From assembly GCA_963664705.1 (NCBI GenBank), contig OY761556.1, forward strand, positions 2,752,001 through 2,816,000: a stretch of 64,000 bases of DNA. Direction: 5' to 3'. The stretch is from Acidobacteriota bacterium (GTDB taxonomy: Bacteria > Acidobacteriota > UBA6911). Position numbers and translations under genes: made by a program. A model generated the notes under the pieces. That model ran no database searches, had not been told where the DNA came from, and was given only the letters and a program-made list of their open reading frames with translations. Within the stretch, counting starts at the first letter, position 1, and every line of letters begins with the position of its first letter. Below are positions 20,297 through 28,800 of the stretch, one piece after another.

Positions 20297-20355
20297 CATA
20301 AGGCACCAGCTCTTGCAGCTATTTTGTTCTTCAATGGATTAATAACGGAAACATT

Positions 20356-20563
20356 CGGTTAGTGAACGGAACAGGAGATCGAGTTCCAGGCTTCGAAAGG
20401 AGAAACCTCGACCTGGCTATGTTGGTATGGGAAACCAGAATCCACGGAAGTAGAGTGAGGCCGCTCCCGATGAATCAGTTGTCATGCGTGCTTATCGACC
20501 CGCGAATATCAGATTGATTATCGTCGCTGTTGCCAACTCGATCCCCTGTTCTTTTTACTGGCT
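20356..20563 (+). ncRNA. Predicted bridge/seek RNA of the IS110 element
   Basis: Outer stem 20369-85/20535-51 (16/17 bp). Target loop closed by cctc/gagg contains cctggcta (20412-19) and aagtag (20448-53). Donor loop closed by cgatgaatcag/ttgattatcg contains tgtc (20480-83) and atatcaga (20506-13). Confidence 0.8.
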
Positions 20564-20622
20564 GATTTATTTATGAACCGAAGAAAACCAAAATGAACGA
20601 ACAAGGAACGGATTGATTGTAC

Positions 20623-20628
20623 TTGACC
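20623..20628 (+). promoter_or_regulatory. -35 box (TTGACC) of the circle-junction promoter; -10 CATAAT at 19104-19109
   Basis: Joining the ends at the AG core gives TTGACC-gatcactccatatcaga(17 nt)-CATAAT. Confidence 0.8.
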
Positions 20629-20644
20629 GATCACTCCATATCAG

Positions 20645-20671
20645 CCAGGGGTGAGCGCAGCGAACCCCTGG
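20645..20671 (+). repeat. Right half of the REP-like unit interrupted by the IS
   Basis: ccaggggtgagcgcagcgaacccctgg hairpin, homologous to the reverse complement of 18860-18887. Confidence 0.75.
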
Positions 20672-20700
20672 CTTGGAATAGCCCTAAACCAATCCCGGAG

Positions 20701-20768
20701 GGCCCTCCGGGGCTGATATGATTGCGATTCCGGGTTCCTTGGGCAAATGGTATGCGGCATTAGCCGGG
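20701..20768 (+). repeat. 68-bp direct repeat, copy 2
   Basis: 62/68 identity to 18901-18968. Confidence 0.85.
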
Positions 20769-20784
20769 TGGCCGCGGTCCCGTT

Positions 20785-21018
20785 TCATTGAGCCGCATAT
20801 TTTTCATCGGCATAAAATTCCAGATATCCGCAGCCCTTGCATCGATAGGTGGCAATAGGAATGCCACCGCCCATCGGCACCTTCGTGTACCAAAAAACGG
20901 ATGTCTGGGGATGGCCTTCGACCCACGACGCCACATACTTCGCACCTTCGGTATAGTCGGGAATAAACCCCTGGATCATCTGTCCCTGGCATTTGGGGCA
21001 TGGAATGGCTGAACTCAT
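20785..21018 (-). CDS. Small zinc-ribbon protein (PF20097/DUF6487-like)
   Basis: CPKCQGQMIQGFIPD ... YRCKGCGYLEFYA; AGGAG RBS. Confidence 0.75.
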   Translation of the reverse strand: MSSAIPCPKCQGQMIQGFIPDYTEGAKYVASWVEGHPQTSVFWYTKVPMGGGIPIATYRCKGCGYLEFYADEKYAAQ

Positions 21019-21081
21019 TCTGTCTCCTGCTCTTGTTTTCGCGTAAAATGCGCTCATTGGACCTACAGGGAGAATACGCGC

Positions 21082-21588
21082 ATGCCACATCGGTGGTTCT
21101 CTGGAATCGGAGCGTTGCTGCTGCTTTTTGCTTCCGCCTTGGCGCAGGCCCAGGATCCGTTTGCCGGTACGTGGAAGCTGAACCTTGCAAAGTCTCGCTA
21201 CAATCCGCCCGGTTCAGCACCCCGAAGCGGAACAATCAAGACCGACGCAACAAAAACCGGTTATAGAAGCATAGGAGATGGAATCGATTCGGAAGGAAAG
21301 AGAACCCATTGGGAAAGCTCTCCAATCCTGGACGGCAAGGCTCATGCCGTTGCGGGAAATCCGGAGAATGGCATGTATGTGGCGGTAAAAGTTAATCTAC
21401 ACACGATCACCGGCACGGTTACGAAAAAAGGAATAGCGATCAGTTCGGAGCGCTCTGTAGTTTCGGATGATGGTCAGACCCTCACCGTTACTTCAAAGCA
21501 AAGGAACTCTCAGGGAATGGAAACAACCAACATCGCTGTTTTCGACAGGCACCGAAGCACGCCGACCGGCTCACCAGAGCTCCGGTAA
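21082..21588 (+). CDS. Secreted small beta-barrel (lipocalin-like) hypothetical protein
   Basis: Signal peptide; QDPFAGTWKLNLAKS, LDGK, VSDDGQTLT, VFDR; paralog of 18278. Confidence 0.75.
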   Translation: MPHRWFSGIGALLLLFASALAQAQDPFAGTWKLNLAKSRYNPPGSAPRSGTIKTDATKTGYRSIGDGIDSEGKRTHWESSPILDGKAHAVAGNPENGMYVAVKVNLHTITGTVTKKGIAISSERSVVSDDGQTLTVTSKQRNSQGMETTNIAVFDRHRSTPTGSPELR

Positions 21589-21591
21589 CGG

Positions 21592-21619
21592 CAAGGGCCG
21601 CTCGGGGGAGCGGCCCTTG
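21592..21619. terminator. Bidirectional hairpin between convergent genes
   Basis: caagggccgctc-gggg-gagcggcccttg, perfect 12-bp stem. Confidence 0.6.
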
Positions 21620-21653
21620 TATAGAACCCAACATCCAAGGCAGGGAAAGGTTG

Positions 21654-22265
21654 CTACTTCCTTTTCCTCCGGGAAACCAAGCCTACGACTCCAAGCCCGG
21701 TCGCCAGCAGGAGGATGGAAGTAGGCTCAGGAACCGCCCCGCTTCCGCCCGCATTAAAGCTGAAATTATCCCAACCCAATCCGCCCGGATCCACGATTCC
21801 ATAAATCCGGATCGAGGTAACATTTGAGTAGGCGGTCAGATCAACCAGATCAGGAACATTGAAATTGTCGTAGCTCATGATATCGACAGTTGCCGAGAGA
21901 CTACCATTTTCAAATACATCCACCTTTGCGCCGACGCCCGAAAAATTATCCCCGACTTGATAAAAGCTCAGCCCATTGACCGGGCTCGAAAAGGTCAGGA
22001 TAGTCTCCCCGGCGCAGTTTAGACCGGCTCCCACAGCGGCGGTGCAGAGAAAATTGTTGCCAAAACCAATACCGGCCTGAGTTGTAACAACATTCTGATT
22101 GCCGCCGACGCTCGAAAAAACAACACCAGCATATTGATTGGTAACCGCCGGGCCAGCGACGCCAACATTTCCAAACTCCTCAAAACCGATGGTTGCGGCG
22201 TTGGCTACGCCCAACATACCTGCAATCATCAAGCACATCCAAACGACTGATAGCTTCCTTGCCAT
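21654..22265 (-). CDS. PEP-CTERM sorting-signal surface protein
   Basis: Signal peptide; C-terminal VPEPTS + hydrophobic helix + RRKRK. Confidence 0.92.
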   Translation of the reverse strand: MARKLSVVWMCLMIAGMLGVANAATIGFEEFGNVGVAGPAVTNQYAGVVFSSVGGNQNVVTTQAGIGFGNNFLCTAAVGAGLNCAGETILTFSSPVNGLSFYQVGDNFSGVGAKVDVFENGSLSATVDIMSYDNFNVPDLVDLTAYSNVTSIRIYGIVDPGGLGWDNFSFNAGGSGAVPEPTSILLLATGLGVVGLVSRRKRK

Positions 22266-22298
22266 ATCCTTGCTCCCTTAGCGTTTACAAGGATTAAT

Positions 22299-22531
22299 GC
22301 AATAACTATTCCTTGTCAGTAACCCTCGAACAAATTTCGCCACATACTTAATAAATACAATTACTTACATTACTTTATTCGGCAGAAAGGATCTGCGGAA
22401 AGGCATTGGATGTGTAAACGCGGATTTACAAGCCCCTTGTTGGCAGAACAAGGAGAAGCAACATATCTCATTACGGTTTAGGTATTTACCGTCCATTGAC
22501 CCAGGCCAGAAAGCTGTAAGCTTTTCCGACG
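22299..22531 (-). promoter_or_regulatory. Candidate sigma54 promoter with upstream enhancer dyads for the PEP-CTERM gene
   Basis: Minus strand GG-aatagttatt-GC (22312-22299); AT-rich spacer; TGTAAA-N6-TTTACA (22413-30) and TGTAAG-N5-CCGAC (22515-30). Confidence 0.5.
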
Positions 22532-22621
22532 CTTTATGAGGCTGGGAGGCCCCACCGATGCAAAGCCGCGATCGCCTATTTAGGTGGATTCCTTACAATA
22601 GATGAATTTTCGGATGAGCTT

Positions 22622-24052
22622 TTACCGGCGAGACGCCCGGTGCTCCCAATTGACACTCCCGTTAAGCCTGAATGCAGCGATACGCGACTCGAGGAATGAC
22701 CGAATTCCCGACCCCAGTCCGAGGCATTGGCTGAAATCCATTTCTGATTCGCGATTCTTTCCCTGCAGTAGGAATGCTCTTCCCCGCTCGAGATAGGCCA
22801 GGGCATCCCGCGGATGCTCTCGGATGGCCTGGTCGAAATCGGAAATGGCGCCATCCAGATCTCCCTGGGAAACCAATATTCGGCCTCTGTTGTAGCGCGC
22901 TTCGGCATACTCCGAACGAATCGAAAGTGCCCGGGAAAAATGGCGCAATGCAAGATCCGGGTCTCCCTTGGCCTCAGCAACCAGGCCACGGTTATTCAAA
23001 GCCTCCGCACTATTCGGATTCATTTCAATGGCGGATTCGAAATCAGACGCAGCACCATCCAGATCCCGTTGGGCATACAGGACAGTTCCCCGACTCATGT
23101 ACGCCTTGAACATCCGCGGATCCAGATCAATGGCCTTGGAAAAATCCCCGTAGGCACCAACATCATCCCCGGCGGACCTCCGCGCCATTCCACGATGGAA
23201 ATAGTTCTCCGCGACATGCGGGGCAATCTCAATGGCCCGGTTGAAATCGGAAAGCGCCTTTTCATTATCTCCAGTTCCCAGGTAAAGCGTCCCACGGTTG
23301 ATATAGACCTCGGCAACGCCTGGGTTTATCCGGATGGATTCATAAAAATCGGCCAGAGCCCCTTCCCGGTTTCCTTTCGCCTTACGAACAAGTCCGCGAG
23401 CATTGTAGGCCGCAGCCTTGTTCGGATTGTCCACCGAGAGCGCTATCTGGCTTGCAAGAAACTGCGGAAACAGCGGAATCGCTCGGTCAAAATCCGCAAG
23501 CGCTTTGTCCAGTTCTCCCTGGGCATTCCTGGCGCAGCCACGGTTATAATACGCCTCGGCCAGATGCGGACTGACTTTGATGGCCTTGTCGAAATCAGCC
23601 AGGGCTCCCGCCACATCCTTTTTCCTGAACTTGACGATGCCCCGGTTGGAATATGCCACGCCCAGGCGAGGGCTGATCTGAATCGCCCGGTTGTAATCGG
23701 CAACGGCATCGTCAAGCCGATCGGCAAGTTCCCAGGCACGACCACGGTTCACATACGCCTCCGCCAACCGCCCGTTCGCTCCGATCGCTTTTGTGTAAAG
23801 ATCGATCGCATCCGCAAGATGCCCTTCCATCTGCAACAGGTTCGCCCGTCGCAACAGCGCATCGGTCGCGATGTGGATATTCTGAGCAAGAGATGCTGTG
23901 CCTATTGATGCCAATAACACCAGAGTGAGAAGGATTCTCCCTCGCCCCCGAGACAAAACGGTATCGGGCAAAAAGGCATCACTCATCGACAAAAATGGAA
24001 TCGATAGTTTTTTCATAAGCTTCTCAATACGCGAGCAAATAGTGATTTTCAT
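22622..24052 (-). CDS. Tetratricopeptide-repeat protein (start uncertain)
   Basis: About 11 repeats of AEAYxNRG...ALADFDxAI...P after an N-terminal hydrophobic segment. Confidence 0.9.
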   Translation of the reverse strand: MKITICSRIEKLMKKLSIPFLSMSDAFLPDTVLSRGRGRILLTLVLLASIGTASLAQNIHIATDALLRRANLLQMEGHLADAIDLYTKAIGANGRLAEAYVNRGRAWELADRLDDAVADYNRAIQISPRLGVAYSNRGIVKFRKKDVAGALADFDKAIKVSPHLAEAYYNRGCARNAQGELDKALADFDRAIPLFPQFLASQIALSVDNPNKAAAYNARGLVRKAKGNREGALADFYESIRINPGVAEVYINRGTLYLGTGDNEKALSDFNRAIEIAPHVAENYFHRGMARRSAGDDVGAYGDFSKAIDLDPRMFKAYMSRGTVLYAQRDLDGAASDFESAIEMNPNSAEALNNRGLVAEAKGDPDLALRHFSRALSIRSEYAEARYNRGRILVSQGDLDGAISDFDQAIREHPRDALAYLERGRAFLLQGKNRESEMDFSQCLGLGSGIRSFLESRIAAFRLNGSVNWEHRASRR

Positions 24053-24547
24053 GAAAACCAGCGGGCAGAATCTCGGTTGCAGCGCAGAGAAGTAACCAAT
24101 CCGCAGGAGGAATTTCAGGATGTTATGCTGTGTTCATGAAGCGCAAGTCAATACTACCGGGTACGCGATGGAGGGATCAAGCTAAATCCCGCGTCCATAT
24201 TGATCATGAAACCCGCCTAATACTGCGAATTATAGGACTTGCAAACGTGCAGGACTGCGGCGCCACTGCCCTTTGTCACAGCATCATCCGGAGATTGATT
24301 GTTCGGAAATGAAAGAGGGGTAGGAACCGGAAGCGGTTACCTACCCCAAATTCGAAGGGACACAGCCCGATATACGAAGCCGGTATCAAAATAGTTCCGC
24401 AAAAAAGAAAAGAGGGAGCAGAAACCCCTCTCCGCTCCCTCCCCTTTTCAGGAAGTGTGTTCTACAATCTCATGGTTTTATACGCGCAGAGCCGCGATAA
24501 TGTTTCACCGAACAAAGTCCTGAACGCGGATCCTTCGACTTTTGTTT

Positions 24548-24805
24548 TCAGTGAATGGTTCGAACCATCGCATATCCCCGCGCGCTCCTCCTGCGCATCC
24601 CACGCGGCACAGGTTTCATCAGCGGCTGAATCGTCCATCCTTCTTCCTTCAATTCCGCGAGAGCCATTTTTCGGGTGGCCCAGCTTCGGGCCGGATACTT
24701 GACATTTCCATCCAGCAAAAGCCACTTTTCTCCAAAGCGGTCCAGCCATGCAAACTGCCGCCAGATTTCTCCAACCACCCCTGCCATATCCAGATTGCGC
24801 GACAT
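24548..24805 (-). CDS. Small hypothetical protein
   Basis: GGAG RBS; globular-looking 85 aa; downstream hairpins around 24317-24450. Confidence 0.5.
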   Translation of the reverse strand: MSRNLDMAGVVGEIWRQFAWLDRFGEKWLLLDGNVKYPARSWATRKMALAELKEEGWTIQPLMKPVPRGMRRRSARGYAMVRTIH

Positions 24806-24948
24806 AATTATTATTCCGATTCTTTCTGACTCCCCGGGAATTTCACAACTTCTGTGGAAAACCCTGTGGATCCCCGGGATTTTCTCAATCTATTCTTCTG
24901 AAGAAAAAGCATTTCGAGCGAATTGCTGAAAAAGAGTGCACATTCGGA

Positions 24949-25620
24949 TTATCCAAGCGTTCTGAAATCCCCCAGCGTCACTGTCGTCCCGGGTCCGGCA
25001 ATAACGAAGTCCTGGTCCCACGGTCCCCAGACCAGCTTTCGAACCAGTGCGTTGTCTCCATCGATTTCCTCGAACCGCAGGTCAAGCCGCCGGGCAATTT
25101 CCCTGCTGCGGATCCGGTATCGATCCTGTTCGTAATTCCCTGTGTTGATAAACGCAAGCCGCGTATACCCTCCCAGCATTTTGCGAAAGAGAAATGCAGC
25201 CTTTTCTTCTCCATACCTTTTGGCCATCAGGCTCCGCTGCTCGTCCAGCGGTGTCCCCGATTCAATCCAGCCCTTGGTCAGATACAGTGTACCCGGCTCG
25301 CTACGCTGTTGATGGGCATATTTGTCCGCGGATCCGAGAAAAATAGTTATGCAATCATCGGCCCGGGGAATCACTATGGTTCGACTGCCGGAAACCAAAC
25401 CGACGGCCGCCTTTGCGCAGAGCCCAAAACCAAGCAGTATGGTATGGATACTCGACGGAGCTGCATCGATAGAAGCCTGCAGCGCTGCCCTCAATTTGTC
25501 GGGATTGGAATGCAATCCGAAATCGAGCACTTCGTACGTCAACGACGAGGGCATCAGCGGCAGGATTTCCTCAATGACCGTGGCGCAAGCAACCAGCCGG
25601 CAAGATTCCACATCAAGCAT
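24949..25620 (-). CDS. DUF1638-domain protein (associated with corrinoid activation systems); start may be slightly upstream
   Basis: LVAC, GLHSNPDKL, GFGLC, PRADDCITIFLGS, LYLTKGW, YTRLAFINTG. Confidence 0.8.
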   Translation of the reverse strand: MLDVESCRLVACATVIEEILPLMPSSLTYEVLDFGLHSNPDKLRAALQASIDAAPSSIHTILLGFGLCAKAAVGLVSGSRTIVIPRADDCITIFLGSADKYAHQQRSEPGTLYLTKGWIESGTPLDEQRSLMAKRYGEEKAAFLFRKMLGGYTRLAFINTGNYEQDRYRIRSREIARRLDLRFEEIDGDNALVRKLVWGPWDQDFVIAGPGTTVTLGDFRTLG

Positions 25621-25850
25621 AGCGGGTGAATTATACATCAGCATTTCAAAAGCCAAAGAGCAACCATCCCGCGTTTTTTGCCAAGCCCGCAAAATCCTCA
25701 GCCTGAATATCGTATACTTTAGTTTCTTCCCAAATCGTGTCTATTCGATTGCGGTCCGCGCCAAGCCCGCCTAATATCTTAATAATGATATTTCCTTTTC
25801 TAAGACGCCGACGCTAAGACCCCGATAAGGAGAATGGGAGGTTGGGCACG

Positions 25851-28800
25851 ATGCCTGGGGATATTGAAGCTCTGAAACAAAACGCCTCGAAGATTCCACC
25901 GGAAGAAACGGAGTCTTCTATGCAGGCATCCGAAGGCACAGGCGAATCAGCCGACACACTTTCCTCCAGCATTGCCTATCGAATGGTCATGGATCAGGCT
26001 GGAAATGGCCATTTCACCTACTTGAGCCCGGGCTTAGCACTTGCCCACGGCATCACTCCAGAACAGGCTTATCAGGACTCCATGCTGCTGTGCCGGCAGA
26101 TTCACAGTGATGATTTTGCCAACCTGGTTAAGGCAGCGACCGAATCGCTCAAGACCGGCGCGCCTGTAAAGGTGGAGATTCGCTTCCGCAAACCATCGGG
26201 AGAACTTCGATGGGCGCTTCTGCATTGTGTCCCGAGGCGAGCACCCGACGGCAATACTATCTGGGACGGCGTTGAGATCGATATCACCGAGCGGCGCAGC
26301 GCGGAAGAAGCCCTTAAGGAAAGCGAGGAGAAATATCGCCTCCTAGTGGAAGCATCGCCGCATGCCATGTTCCTCCGGGACAAAAACGGCAGAATTTCGT
26401 ACATCAACCCGGCCGGGCTCAAAATACTGGGCGCGGCCAGTCCGGATCAGATCGTGGGTCGGTCCAGCCTGGAATTTGTGCATCCCGATTATCACGAGAT
26501 TGTTCTGGAGCGCGTTCAGCGGGTGCAGCAACACGGAGAAACGGCGCCGCTGCTGGAAGAAAAGTTCCTCCGCCTGGATGGCAGCATCGTCGAAGTGGAA
26601 GTGACCTCCGTTCCCTTTTCCCAGGGCGGCGAACCGGGAATGCAGGTGCTTTTCCGCGACATTACCTTGCGGAAGACATCGGAAGAAGCGCTTCAATCCT
26701 CCAAAGCTTTCCTGGATGCGATCATTGAACACAGTCCCCATGCCCTGTGGGTTTCAGACAGCACCGGAACGATGCTTCGCATGAACCAGGCATGCCGGGA
26801 CATGCTGCAAATCGAGGATGCGAAGGCCGTTGGCCAATACAATATTCTGCGCGACAGCATCGTAGCGGAGATGGGATACCTGCCGCTGATACGACGCGTG
26901 TTCGACTGCGGTGAAAAAGTTCAGTTCAGCATCGAATATGACAGTCCGCAGCAACCTTCTTCCCCGGCTGAGCCAAAGACGCCCCTGGCGCTCCAGATCA
27001 CGATTTCACCCGTTCTCGACTCCCAGGGAAACGTAATCCACGCGGTGATCCAGACCGTGGATATTACCGACCGGAAAAAGTTCGAGACAGCCCTGAAGCG
27101 CCGCCAGGAACTCGGCCACCTCATCACCATCATTTCGTCGCGTTTCCTCCGACTGGAACCGGAGGAGATCAACGACGGCATCCATAGCTCGCTTCGCGAA
27201 ATCGGCGAGTTCATGGAAGCCGAACGAAGCTATCTCTTCTTTCTGAAAGAAGACAGGAGCCGTGCCGACCTGACCCACGAGTGGTGCGCAGATTCCATTG
27301 AATCCAATTGGGAAAAGCTACAGAATTTGGGCGTGGCAGAGCATGGCTTCTTTACCGAACCGCTTCTGCGCTCAGAAATCGTCCACTTTCCCCGCCTGGG
27401 GGATGTCCCTTTGCCTTCGCACTGGAGCGACGTCGCCCCAATACTGAAGGACATCAAATCGTTGCTTCTGGTTCCCATCGAGGTCGGCCGCACGGTTGTG
27501 GGGTGTCTGGGTTTCGACGCCGTGCACCAGGAAAAGATCTGGCCTAACGACATCATCGCCCTGCTTCGCGTTGTGGGAGAGGTGTTTACCAATGCGCTCG
27601 AGCGGAAACGCGCGGAAGAAGAACACCGAAGAAGCGAACATTTCCTCAGCCAGGTTGTGGAGAATGCTCCTTTCGGAGCGCACTTTTATCGGCTGGATAA
27701 TGACCATAGACTCATTTTCGTCAAAGCGAACAAGGCAGCGGAGAACATCCTGGGCATCCAGCACGATTCCCTTCAAGGCAAGACGATTACCGAAGCATTC
27801 CCGGGACTTGCCGGCACGGATGTCCCCGAAACTTATATACATATAGCCCGCTATGGAATTGACCGCGTTTACCGAGAGGTCGAATACAATGAAGGCAGAA
27901 TTCAGGGCGTCTTCGAGATCAGTGCATTCCCGACCCTGCCCGGCCATATGGCCGTATTCTTTGTCGATGTCACGGAGCGGAAGCGAACCGAACGGGCTTT
28001 CATCGAGGAAGCCACTCTCCGTCGAATTTTGTTTGAGCAGTCTCCGGACGGAATCGTAATCCTGGACCCCGACAGCACGCGCTTTTTGGATTTCAATACG
28101 GCGGCACATCGACAATTGGGCTATACGCGCGAGGAGTTCTCCAGGCTCAGCATCAAGGATGTGGATGCAGTCGAATCCCCACAGGAAACACGCGCCCGTA
28201 TTTCGCAGGTCCTCAGAGGAGGGGGGACGGACTTCGAAACACTCCAGCGCACGAAACAGGGAGAGATTCGCAATGTTCATGTGCGCGCCCATACGGTGGA
28301 GGCGCTCGGCCGGTCGTTTTATCAGTGCATCTGGCGGGATATCACGGACCGGAAGCGCGCCGAAGATGAAAGAAAACAGCTGCAGATCCAGCTCGCACAG
28401 GCGCAAAAAATGGAATCGGTCGGACGCCTGGCCGGAGGAGTCGCCCACGACTTCAATAATATGCTGGGTGTGATTATCGGACATGCGGAAATGACCCTGG
28501 ATCAATTCTCCGACGATGACCCCATGCGCGCGGATATCGAAGAGATTCGCAAGGCCGCACAACGATCCGCGGATCTCACGCGACAACTGCTTGCGTTTGC
28601 AAGAAAACAGGCGATCACGCCGAAAGTGGTTAATCTGAATGACGCCATCTCGGGCATGCTGAAGATGCTGCGGCGCCTGATCGGCGAGGATATCGAGCTC
28701 TCGTGGATTCCACAGACCAACCTCCATTCTGTCCGGATTGATCCAACCCAACTGGATCAACTCCTCGCCAATCTCTGCGTGAACGCTCGAGATGCCATTG

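Larger units (their letters stand above)
19101..20644 (+). mobile_element. Complete IS110-family (IS1111-type) insertion sequence
   Basis: AG core at both ends (19101-02, 20643-44); sub-terminal IRs ATGGAGTGATCGGTC (19108-22) and GACCGATCACTCCAT (20625-39); internal IR gagaccgatca (19192-19202); DEDD recombinase; long 3' non-coding region; no longer target-site duplication. Confidence 0.93.

Noticed and set aside
18826-20768. Repeats considered as a CRISPR array or integron attC sites
   Set aside because: No regular repeat-spacer periodicity, no cas or integrase gene, and no clear RYYYAAC/GTTRRRY ends.
18901-20768. 68-bp direct repeats considered as IS ends or a target-site duplication
   Set aside because: They are imperfect and lie outside the boundaries defined by the sub-terminal IRs and AG core; IS110 elements do not make long TSDs.
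22814-23908. 364-aa plus-strand ORF
   Set aside because: Antisense to the TPR gene; its periodicity mirrors the TPR repeats.
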